The notes beneath the pieces are model-generated. The model searched no databases. It saw only the letters and a program-made list of their open reading frames with translations, and was not told the DNA's origin. From Nitrospinaceae bacterium (GTDB lineage Bacteria > Nitrospinota > Nitrospinia > Nitrospinales > VA-1), in contig JALPWY010000003.1 in assembly GCA_023271875.1 (NCBI GenBank), forward strand, positions 3,888-67,887: a DNA stretch of 64,000 nucleotides, in the 5' to 3' direction. This document shows, one piece after another, positions 48,016 to 56,813 of the stretch. How positions within the stretch are numbered: position 1 is the first letter of the stretch; every line of letters begins with the position of its first letter. A program made the position numbers and the translations under genes.

Positions 48016-48162
48016 TTTTATATTCAATTATGTCTTAAGATAAATTACCTAGGGAAAAACCAAAATAATTGACATTTAAATCTGCTTCAAGTAATTTTAA
48101 AGTATAAACATATTTGGTTTTTAAAAGTAATATAACAGATATATCCATCTGCAAATTAGCTA

Positions 48163-48996
48163 ATGAACGAGAAGACACCATCAACGGAAATTATAGACCA
48201 CCCCTATGCCCGTGAAAATAATGTTGAGTGGCATCCCGACGCCTGGGAAAGAGTGAAGCATGCTCCTGAGTTTGTTCGTCCCGGTATACGCAAACTAATG
48301 GTTCAGCGCTGCGTTAAAAGAGGATATAAAATAGTTACTTCTGACTTTTTAACTGAAATCAGAAATGAATCGATGATGTTAGTCTCTAAAAGAGTTAAGG
48401 GCTTCGGCTTTGAAGAATTAACAATGGATTCCTTTGAAGTAGCAAAAGAAAAAATGCGACAAAGCCCAAGAAAAGTTGAAGTGATTGAAGAAATTGAAGA
48501 CTTCTTATCAATGAGAACAGAAAAAAAGGACGACATCGTAGAAAAGTTTAAGAGTTATATGGAGGTCACACCTTCAAGTGGGATGCCCTGGAATAAAGAA
48601 GCACTTGAGAAAATGGAAAAAGTCCCTCCTTTTGTTCTCGGAATGGCTAAACAGACTATTGAAGCACGAGCTAGAGAACGTGGAGATAAAATGGTTACCC
48701 CTGGCATCATTGAGGAAGTGTTTACAAACATAATGCCTGCATCTGCCAAACAAGCCATGGGTATAGAAGTAACTGAAGATGAATTAAAAGAGGAACAAAC
48801 TGAGACCGATGCTCCTCAAGACATACCTGAATTCGAGCTTAAATGGCATGACGATGCTCTCCAAAAAGTTATGCGAATTCCTATTTCATTCATACGTAAT
48901 ATGGCAGTTAAACGTATCGAGCAGGAGGTTAAAAAGGAAGGACCAGATAAGGAAGTTACAATGGAGCTATTTGAGAAGTATCGATTCAGTTTTTAA
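48163..48996 (+). CDS. Protein composed of three PCP_red-like (protochlorophyllide reductase C-terminal-like) repeats
   Basis: The unit W-x2-(D/E)A-x2-(K/R)(V/M)-x2-(A/V/I)P-x-F(V/I)...G...VT occurs three times: WHPDAWERVKHAPEFVRPG..., WNKEALEKMEKVPPFVLGM..., WHDDALQKVMRIPISFIRNM... Confidence 0.6.
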   Translation: MNEKTPSTEIIDHPYARENNVEWHPDAWERVKHAPEFVRPGIRKLMVQRCVKRGYKIVTSDFLTEIRNESMMLVSKRVKGFGFEELTMDSFEVAKEKMRQSPRKVEVIEEIEDFLSMRTEKKDDIVEKFKSYMEVTPSSGMPWNKEALEKMEKVPPFVLGMAKQTIEARARERGDKMVTPGIIEEVFTNIMPASAKQAMGIEVTEDELKEEQTETDAPQDIPEFELKWHDDALQKVMRIPISFIRNMAVKRIEQEVKKEGPDKEVTMELFEKYRFSF

Positions 48997-49147
48997 CCGA
49001 AAGGAAAATTATGGATTCCACAGTAGATTGGGTATTCCCCGTTGGATTAGGAATTTTAGGTTCTATACTAGCCTTTTTCAATTGGAAAACTAAAGCCGCA
49101 CTAGTAAAGATCAGAAAGAACAAACGCCGATAGAAGTTTTTTATATC

Positions 49148-49897
49148 TTATATACCTGTCGGATAGTCTATAAACTCAGTCTTGATTCCGAATTGTTCTG
49201 CAAGATGTTTCCCGACAGCCTTAACCCCTCCGGTTTCTGTCGCATAATGGCCAGCTAAAATTAGCACACATTCATTTTCTATGGCTTCGTGATAATGGTG
49301 ATTACAACCCTCTCCAGTGAGATAAGCATCGAGGCCAGCTGCAGCAGCTTCACTTAAGATATCCGCCGCCCCACCAGATACAATCCCAATTGTCTGCACC
49401 TCACCTGATCCGATCACTTTAACAGGCGATCCTAGTTTATCTTCTAGTTTAACTCGCAATCCTTCTGCTGATATTGGATCTAGTCGCCCTTTGATCCCAA
49501 TTTTCTGTCCTCCATATTCCCCGAAAGGCTCAAGCTCACTAAGCTCTAACTGGTCTGCAAGTGCCTTATTATTTCCTAATACCGGGTGCATGTCCAGTGG
49601 AAGGTGCGCTGAGTATAGGCCAAGATTCTCACGTATCATGGTAGAAACTTTATCGTAAAAATTCCCACAGATCGGTTTTACCCCACCCCAAAGCATCCCG
49701 TGGTGAACAAACATCATGTTACACTCTGCCGCGACAGCTTTTTCAATTGTTGTCATGCACAAATCTACAGCCAGCCCGACTTTTTTGATATCGGCGGTGT
49801 TTTGTACTTGCAGCCCATTCATGGCATTAGGAGAATCCTTGATCTCTGTAATGTCAAGCAAGTTGTCGAGATAATGACTAAGTTGTAAAATATCCAT
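49148..49897 (-). CDS. Nif3-like dinuclear metal centre protein (GTP cyclohydrolase 1 type 2 homologue)
   Basis: Motifs: FVHHGMLW, HLPLDMHP, GHYATE. I trimmed the start to the ATG at 49897. Confidence 0.85.
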   Translation of the reverse strand: MDILQLSHYLDNLLDITEIKDSPNAMNGLQVQNTADIKKVGLAVDLCMTTIEKAVAAECNMMFVHHGMLWGGVKPICGNFYDKVSTMIRENLGLYSAHLPLDMHPVLGNNKALADQLELSELEPFGEYGGQKIGIKGRLDPISAEGLRVKLEDKLGSPVKVIGSGEVQTIGIVSGGAADILSEAAAAGLDAYLTGEGCNHHYHEAIENECVLILAGHYATETGGVKAVGKHLAEQFGIKTEFIDYPTGI

Positions 49898-50011
49898 AAA
49901 AAAAGTATAAACGAGCAAAAAGTAATTAACAAAATATTTTAATATCCTTTCTCTGTCCACAACAATTAAGTGTCGAACGGGCACTCTTTAACAAGCGAAT
50001 GCTACAGTAGA

Positions 50012-50971
50012 ATGATTCAGTTTATCTTCAAAAGCATAGGCCAACGTATTGTCCTTCTATTTTTTATTTCAATCATTTCTCATGCGATTGTCCACTTAGC
50101 GCCGGGAGAACCCAGCTTGGTTGACCCCTCCAACCCTAGAATGAAGGCTGAGGACATTCAACGAATACGTACGGCCTTTCATTTAGACGAACCACTTTAT
50201 GCTCAATACGTTTATTGGATGAAAGATCTGTTTACTGCTGAACTAAAATCTTTCAAAGATAATCAGCCAGTTCTGGAAAAAATATGGGATCGTTTTCTTA
50301 ATTCGCTCCCGTTGTTTATTGTCGGAACGCTTATCACCTGGTTCCTAGCTTTCCCCGTTGGAATTCAGGCAGCGCTTCGTCGTGGATCGGTATTTGATAA
50401 AATGGGAACGTTTCTATCTTACGCATTAATTTCGATTCCTGGATTTTTCCTTTCTTATATTTGTATTATTTTTATGGTCAAAACATTTAATGTCCCCGTA
50501 ATTGGCATGCGAACGTTTGGCCTTGAAAATGCGGGCCTGATGTTACGCTCTATGGATCGTGTATGGCATTGGACACTACCAGCTTTTATGTCAGCGGTGG
50601 CAGGGGTAGCTATTCTTTCCCGCTATGTACGATCACAAATGTTAGAAGTCATCAATCAAGATTACATTCGTACCGCGCGAGCCAAGGGGCTATCGGAAGA
50701 TACTGTCATTTACCGGCACGGGCTTCGGAATGCCTTGCTTCCATTTATAACTATGTTTGGCCTGACCATTCCAGGCCTAATCGGTGGTTCTGTCATATTT
50801 GAAACTATCTTCGCATGGCCAGGGATGGGCCGACTAGGTTTCGAGGCGATCCTTGCAAGGGATTTTCCGGTAATACTCACACTCAATTTTATTTCAGCTG
50901 TCCTGGTACTCATAGGCACTTTTATGTCGGATATTCTTTACGCAGTAGTAGATCCACGTATCAAAATTTAA
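50012..50971 (+). CDS. ABC transporter permease, Opp/Dpp/Nik B-type
   Basis: The N-terminus MIQFIFKSIGQRIV and the EAA loop YIRTARAKGLSEDTVIYRHGLRNAL identify it. I trimmed the start to 50012. Confidence 0.88.
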   Translation: MIQFIFKSIGQRIVLLFFISIISHAIVHLAPGEPSLVDPSNPRMKAEDIQRIRTAFHLDEPLYAQYVYWMKDLFTAELKSFKDNQPVLEKIWDRFLNSLPLFIVGTLITWFLAFPVGIQAALRRGSVFDKMGTFLSYALISIPGFFLSYICIIFMVKTFNVPVIGMRTFGLENAGLMLRSMDRVWHWTLPAFMSAVAGVAILSRYVRSQMLEVINQDYIRTARAKGLSEDTVIYRHGLRNALLPFITMFGLTIPGLIGGSVIFETIFAWPGMGRLGFEAILARDFPVILTLNFISAVLVLIGTFMSDILYAVVDPRIKI

Positions 50972-50982
50972 AGGATCCTAAG

Positions 50983-51954
50983 GTGAACGAAACAGAAGAC
51001 ACGCAAAGCATAGAAGGACTAAAACCGGCAGTCAGTCTTTTCGAAGAACGATGGAACATCTTCAAACTCAATCACCTTGCCTATTTTAGTTTTATCTTTT
51101 TAATCTTTCTTTTTGTGCTCGCCCTTATGGGAAAAGCACTGACTCGTTGGTTCGTTGTGTTCGACCCACAATTAGTAAGACTGCCTGAAAAGTTTCTCCC
51201 CCCTTTAACGCCCTTTACTAGTGAAATCGTTTCTGCTGAGTACGCCCCTATGTTCAATATATATTTATTAGGAACTGATGAACTTGGCCGCGATATATTC
51301 GCACGCATGCTAGAGGGAACTTCTATTTCATTAACAGTAGGTTTTGTCGCTGTGAGTATTTCAATTTTTCTTGGGATATTTTTTGGGGGTATTGCGGGGT
51401 TCTACGGCAGACTAAAGTTTGGGTTCATTACTATAGATACTATGATCATGCGTTTTGTAGATATCATGCTCTGTTTCCCTACTTTTTTCTTAATTTTAAC
51501 CGTGGTGGCTTTATTACCTCCAAGCATATACAACATCATGATTGTAATAGGGCTGACTAGCTGGATGGGTACAGCCAGGTTCGTCCGTGCTGAATTTCTA
51601 GCACTGAGGGAATTAGACTACGTGGCCGCGGCCCGCAGTCAAGCTATTCCAGAATGGAGAATTATATTTATACACATGGTTCCAAATGCTATCGCACCAG
51701 TTTTGGTTTCAGCGACCATTGGTGTCGCAACCGCTATCCTCACGGAATCAAGCCTCAGTTTTCTTGGATTCGGAGTTCAACCCCCGGACGCCACATGGGG
51801 AAACATTCTTGCCGACGGTAAACAGTTCATTTTCGATGCGCCGTGGATAACTTTTATTCCCGGATTCAGCATTTTATTTGTCGTACTCGCTTTCAACCTT
51901 TGTGGTGAAGGACTGCGTGAAGCCTTTAATCCTAGGCTCAAAGAAGGAATATGA
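50983..51954 (+). CDS. ABC transporter permease, Opp/Dpp/Nik C-type
   Basis: Motifs: LGTDELGRDIFARML and the EAA loop YVAAARSQAIPEWRIIFIHMVPNA. GTG start at 50983 after AAGGA. The upstream part of the track ORF overlaps the B-type permease and is not coding. Confidence 0.85.
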   Translation: MNETEDTQSIEGLKPAVSLFEERWNIFKLNHLAYFSFIFLIFLFVLALMGKALTRWFVVFDPQLVRLPEKFLPPLTPFTSEIVSAEYAPMFNIYLLGTDELGRDIFARMLEGTSISLTVGFVAVSISIFLGIFFGGIAGFYGRLKFGFITIDTMIMRFVDIMLCFPTFFLILTVVALLPPSIYNIMIVIGLTSWMGTARFVRAEFLALRELDYVAAARSQAIPEWRIIFIHMVPNAIAPVLVSATIGVATAILTESSLSFLGFGVQPPDATWGNILADGKQFIFDAPWITFIPGFSILFVVLAFNLCGEGLREAFNPRLKEGI

Positions 51955-51976
51955 TTTTTCTCCGAGCAAAAAAGCT

Positions 51977-53938
51977 ATGATTTACCTGCAAAATCTACAC
52001 AAGCAATTTGGTTCTAAAATAATCCTTAAAAATGCTAATTTTCATCTACGCCCTGGTGAGCGTGTGGGACTTGTCGGAGAAAATGGAACCGGAAAAACTA
52101 CCTTGTTTCGTATCATAATGAAAACAGAGTCATCTGATTCTGGAAAAATTGTTTTTCGAAAAGGCGCCCAGGCAGCCACACTCCAACAAGAACTCAATGC
52201 TTATAACGGTACCGTTTTAGAACGCGTAATATCAGGAGACCATTCTTTGCAAGTTGTTCGCAGGAAAATGGACGACTTGGAAAAACAAATATCCTCCGAT
52301 CCAACTTCTGAGGCCGCGACATCACAATACGGAAAGCTACAGCATCAGTTTGAGCAGCTAAATGGCTACGAGCTAGAACCTAGGGCTTCCACTATTCTTT
52401 CGGGACTTGGTTTCAATGATGATAAGTTCAAGAAACCTCTTAATGAGTTTTCAGGTGGATGGCGCATGCGAGTTGAAATGGCGCGACTCCTTTTACAAAA
52501 TCCGGATATTCTCTTACTCGATGAGCCGACTAACCATTTCGATTTAAAATCAGTCGAATGGCTTGAAGGGTTTCTGAAAAATTACGACGGTAGCCTGCTG
52601 CTTATCTCCCATGATCGACGATTTCTTAATAATCTCGTCACAAGAATTATTGAGCTTGATAGGGGGATATTAACGATCTATTCGGGTAATTACAATGACT
52701 TTGAGCGCTTGAAAAAAGAACGAGAAGCCCAACTCCTATCAGAATCAGTGAATCAGCAGAAGCGCATCACCGAAATCGAGCGCTTTATCGAGCGCTTTCG
52801 CGCCAAGAATACGAAAGCTACTCAGGTTCAAAGCCGGATCAAAATGCTCAATAAAATGGAACGCATCGAAACTATGACCGATACAAAAACCGTAGGCTTT
52901 CGCTTTCCGCAACCAGTGCGAACTGGCCGCATCTCTATGGAGTTGGATAAAATCGATAAGAGTTATGGGGACAACATCGTCTACCAAAACTTTTCTATCA
53001 GAATAGAACGGGGGTGGAAGGTGGCTCTTGTAGGAGAAAACGGTGCTGGAAAATCCACACTCATGAAGCTCCTAGCAGGAATCATTTCTCATGACAGTGG
53101 AAAAATTCAACCTGGGCATAATGTCACGCGTTCCTACTATGCTCAACACCAAGCAGATGCGCTCGACCCCAAAAAAACAGTTTTAGAATCAATGGATGAA
53201 TTGAGTCATAACCTCTCGCGCACCCGATTGCGCACGATCCTTGGATCATTTTTATTTTCTGGTGATGATGTAAACAAAAAGGTTAGTGTCCTGTCTGGTG
53301 GAGAACGTTCAAGACTTTCCCTCGCTCGTATGCTAGCATCACCTTCATCGTTGCTTCTTCTAGATGAACCAACTAATCACCTTGATATGCGTTCATGCGA
53401 GGTGCTCTCCGCCGCACTGGCTGATTACGAAGGAACCCTTTGTATCATTTCTCATGACAGATATTTTCTTGATGGATTTATTAACAGGGTTTGGGAAGTC
53501 AAACAAGGTTCTGTGAGCGAATATATTGGTAATTATAGTGAATATGAAAACTCCAAAACTCAGGAACTTGAAATTGAGTCATCAAAATCGACCGTATCTA
53601 TTAGAAAACCTTTGGCATCTTATTTCCAGAAGAACCATGAGCGCAAACGTCTTGAAGCAGAAAATAGAAACAAGAAACATCAATCATTGAAACCATTGCG
53701 ATCTAATTTAAAAAAAATTGAAATTCAGTTAGAGAGAGTGCTGACAGAAAAAACAACAATCGAAAACAAACTGGCAAACTCGGTAATTTATGAGTCTAAG
53801 AATAAAGCTCAACTTCTAGAAACTCTCAGCAGTCAAACGAAACTTGCCAATGATGAAAAAACTCTCACTGAAGAATGGAATAGTCTTTCATCTCAAATTG
53901 AGGAATATGAGTCCAGCAGAGCACCAAAAATTAAATAA
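51977..53938 (+). CDS. ABC-F family ATPase (Uup/YheS/EttA class; not a transporter subunit)
   Basis: Two ABC cassettes (GENGTGKTT / FSGGWRMR; GENGAGKST / LSGGERSR) joined by a linker, with a C-terminal coiled coil and no TM domain. I trimmed the start to 51977. Confidence 0.9.
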   Translation: MIYLQNLHKQFGSKIILKNANFHLRPGERVGLVGENGTGKTTLFRIIMKTESSDSGKIVFRKGAQAATLQQELNAYNGTVLERVISGDHSLQVVRRKMDDLEKQISSDPTSEAATSQYGKLQHQFEQLNGYELEPRASTILSGLGFNDDKFKKPLNEFSGGWRMRVEMARLLLQNPDILLLDEPTNHFDLKSVEWLEGFLKNYDGSLLLISHDRRFLNNLVTRIIELDRGILTIYSGNYNDFERLKKEREAQLLSESVNQQKRITEIERFIERFRAKNTKATQVQSRIKMLNKMERIETMTDTKTVGFRFPQPVRTGRISMELDKIDKSYGDNIVYQNFSIRIERGWKVALVGENGAGKSTLMKLLAGIISHDSGKIQPGHNVTRSYYAQHQADALDPKKTVLESMDELSHNLSRTRLRTILGSFLFSGDDVNKKVSVLSGGERSRLSLARMLASPSSLLLLDEPTNHLDMRSCEVLSAALADYEGTLCIISHDRYFLDGFINRVWEVKQGSVSEYIGNYSEYENSKTQELEIESSKSTVSIRKPLASYFQKNHERKRLEAENRNKKHQSLKPLRSNLKKIEIQLERVLTEKTTIENKLANSVIYESKNKAQLLETLSSQTKLANDEKTLTEEWNSLSSQIEEYESSRAPKIK

Positions 53939-54487
53939 ATGATGGTAACTATTCTTTATATTTTAGTTTTGACATTTTTTATTTTACTTGCCGCAATGGT
54001 TATTGTTCCCGTTTTTTTCGGTGCTCCGTGGCACCCCTTGTCCGACGAAAATATTCATCGAATAATAAGATTCGCTGATCTCCAACCAGGGGAAACTTTC
54101 TATGACCTTGGGTCGGGAGATGGGCGAGTTCTAATTGCGGCATCAAGCAATCAATGTCTACGTGGAGTTGGAGTGGAGATTGATCCAATAAAAGTTTGGC
54201 TTTCCAGATGTTTTATAATAGCGGCAAAACTAACCAACAAGATTCGCATTCACCGAGGCAATATTTTTAATTTTGATGTAAGCGAAGCCGATGTCATATA
54301 CCTTTATCTTACACATCAGGCACTCGACCGCTTATTCCCAGAAATTTTAGATCGCATGAAACCTTCCGCACGGATCATTTGCTACCGATTTTGCATTCGT
54401 AATCTGGAACCGACAAAAGTGAATAAAGACAAAAATCTTTTTTGGTACCAAGTAAGCAAAGGAAGGACCGTGAATGAATATTCTTAA
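53939..54487 (+). CDS. N-terminally membrane-anchored class I SAM-dependent methyltransferase (FAM173/ATPSCKMT-like)
   Basis: A TM helix is followed by GAPWHP, motif I DLGSGDGRVLIAA, GVEIDP, and ARIICYRF. Confidence 0.7.
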   Translation: MMVTILYILVLTFFILLAAMVIVPVFFGAPWHPLSDENIHRIIRFADLQPGETFYDLGSGDGRVLIAASSNQCLRGVGVEIDPIKVWLSRCFIIAAKLTNKIRIHRGNIFNFDVSEADVIYLYLTHQALDRLFPEILDRMKPSARIICYRFCIRNLEPTKVNKDKNLFWYQVSKGRTVNEYS

Positions 54488-54515
54488 GGAAAGACTCCGC
54501 TTTAACTAAAATTTT

Positions 54516-56471
54516 TTATTTAGTATCAACCAGATCGCTCCAGACGTAGGCTTTTCTACCACCTAAGTCAACCAAGAGCCAAGGTTTTCCGTTAAAATTG
54601 ACTGCCGTCCTACGAATCAAGGCCAAACGATCACCTTTATTCAGTTGGCCTACCTCAGGAAATTTTGGACCTGGACCGTTTTTTAAGGAAACTCCATCAA
54701 TTTTTGCAATAACCGACCTAGCACCAATAGCAAGTGGAACAGCAGAATTCGGAGGTGTTGGCATCTTCACTACAGGAGATGTGGGCTGTTTCAATGTTGG
54801 AGGAATGAGGTTAGACGCCAATATATTTTCTGTTTCTAATGGTCTGGGCGTAGGTGCCACATTATTACCTTGGATAAGCTCGTTTAGAGGTTCAACCGCT
54901 GGGACCGCTGGGTCTTGTGGCGCTCCTACCTTCGGTTCAATTGGCTCAACCATACTTAGTTTCTCCCTCGTGATTTGAGAAACCGGGACGCCCTCACTTC
55001 CTACCCCTTCATCAAAACGAATGAAAATTGGATTGGACACCAAATAATTTTCTAGGTCTGCTTCCACTTTAAGCCGGTAAAATATTGGACCGTCATTTTT
55101 ATCAAAATTCACATCACGCCAAGTCAATTCATATGGAAGTGCTATCGTTTCCTTTTTTACTTCCAGACCGTTACGGATGACTGACAAACGAACCGTTTTT
55201 TCTGTTCCATTTGTCATGCGAATCTTAATTTTTAACTCAGGAAAATCATTCGATACTAGCTCTCCACCCATGTTAGCTTGACGACCTGACAGAACATCAC
55301 TTACCGTAAAATCATCTAATGAAATTCTTTCATCTCCTGCCTGGCGCACTGCATACATACGTCCGCTGGCCATAGCATCAAGAACATCGTCACGAGATTT
55401 TTGGCGAACGAGGAATATAGTTCGAACTTCACCAAACTTGGTTCTTCCGTCCTCACATAAATAATTGTTCCCACCATAACCCCACACTGGTTTTTCTCGC
55501 TGACCTTGAATATATTCACCCAATACATTATCCCATTCGTTTCCAGGTTCAATTTGCATAACTGGAAAATCGGCGATGGACTGAAAACCGGTGTAATCAG
55601 AAGTCAACATTAAGTCTTTCGGATAGGGATCGGTCTTGTAAGCAACCCGTCCTTTTTGTTTTATTTTATTAGGGCCTTCCATATGGTTCCAAAAAACCAA
55701 TCCGCCGTTACTATTTACATAATTAATTAATTCTTGATAGGGTTGAACACCCAAGTCCCCTTTATACTGACTAAATGGAGAACTTCTAAATGGTATATTA
55801 TTGAGAGCAAGGAGAAACATAATTCCTGCAATCAACCTAGTAAGGTTCTTCTTATATCCTTTCAAAAAAGCAACAAGGAACAGTAAAAAAAATAAAGCGC
55901 ATCCTACAAAGTACTGCTGATAATGTGTTAAGTACCGCTTAGAAAAATTACTATCCAAAATAGGTAATTGCTCGTAAAGCTCCGGCGTATTAAACCCAAC
56001 TACAAAGAGATGCTTATCCAGATTATTAGCAACAAGGTTGCCGTTAAAAACATTCCCCGTCCAATAGTAAAATGGGGCAACCTCCGCTCCAGAAATAAGA
56101 AGAGTCTCTTCAAACTGCTTGTCGTTATCATTGATTTCTGAAATATAAGCCGGTGCGCCTACTGTAAGAATTGACGAACTTTCATTTCGCTTTCTAATGA
56201 TGCGCTCTAGGGGGACTACTCCGTATTCCAATGCATCACGAGCTTGATCACCAAAAATTACCGTATCGATTCCCTTTACACGGGCCTGTTCGGCTACTTC
56301 CTGGAGCGTAGAGCACCCACGACTAAATCGAGTTTTTACATCGGCAACCCCATCCAATTGTATAAAACCCGCAAAAATGAGATCCACTGATGTCAGCAGA
56401 ATAACTATTACTCCGGCTAAAATAAAAGGTGCCTGAAAGCGATACGGTTCTTTTATGAAATAATAATTCAC
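54516..56471 (-). CDS. Membrane protein with a large extracytoplasmic domain, a Pro-rich linker and a C-terminal bacterial SH3-like domain
   Basis: One TM helix at the N-terminus and two near residue 190-230. The Pro-rich region is PKVGAPQDPAVPAVEP...PTPPNSAVP. The SH3b-like tail is GPKFPEVGQLNKGDRLALI...WLLVDLGGRKAYVWSDLV. The enzymatic family was not identified. Confidence 0.55.
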   Translation of the reverse strand: MNYYFIKEPYRFQAPFILAGVIVILLTSVDLIFAGFIQLDGVADVKTRFSRGCSTLQEVAEQARVKGIDTVIFGDQARDALEYGVVPLERIIRKRNESSSILTVGAPAYISEINDNDKQFEETLLISGAEVAPFYYWTGNVFNGNLVANNLDKHLFVVGFNTPELYEQLPILDSNFSKRYLTHYQQYFVGCALFFLLFLVAFLKGYKKNLTRLIAGIMFLLALNNIPFRSSPFSQYKGDLGVQPYQELINYVNSNGGLVFWNHMEGPNKIKQKGRVAYKTDPYPKDLMLTSDYTGFQSIADFPVMQIEPGNEWDNVLGEYIQGQREKPVWGYGGNNYLCEDGRTKFGEVRTIFLVRQKSRDDVLDAMASGRMYAVRQAGDERISLDDFTVSDVLSGRQANMGGELVSNDFPELKIKIRMTNGTEKTVRLSVIRNGLEVKKETIALPYELTWRDVNFDKNDGPIFYRLKVEADLENYLVSNPIFIRFDEGVGSEGVPVSQITREKLSMVEPIEPKVGAPQDPAVPAVEPLNELIQGNNVAPTPRPLETENILASNLIPPTLKQPTSPVVKMPTPPNSAVPLAIGARSVIAKIDGVSLKNGPGPKFPEVGQLNKGDRLALIRRTAVNFNGKPWLLVDLGGRKAYVWSDLVDTK

Positions 56472-56813
56472 TTTATATTTCTCATCTTTGATTATTCTAT
56501 AAGAATTTTATTGTGCTTCAGACCAACGCGTATGACATGGTATCATTTTTAGAAGCAACGACCTAGAGGAGGGAGCCAAATACGTTAGCCAAGTATTGGT
56601 AAACCTGTATTCTCGTTCCCATTCATTTGATTTTTGTTTTCCCAGTAGTCACATAACCTCCATTGTTTGATTTGTTTTTTAGAAATATGATACGATATTG
56701 CTGATGCGGTATTCCATAACAACTCCTTCCGCTCCGCGAGACCCAAAAGTTGATCAAGCAAATAAAAGACTTGATTATCAATCTATTGGCTCCGCGTTCA
56801 GGAAAGACCTTCG

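Noticed and set aside
50815-50982. Upstream part of track ORF 50815..51954, which overlaps the B-type permease gene by about 160 nt.
   Set aside because: The overlapping segment translates to a non-membrane, Arg/Ser-rich sequence. The GTG at 50983 has an AAGGA RBS and begins the typical DppC-like N-terminus.
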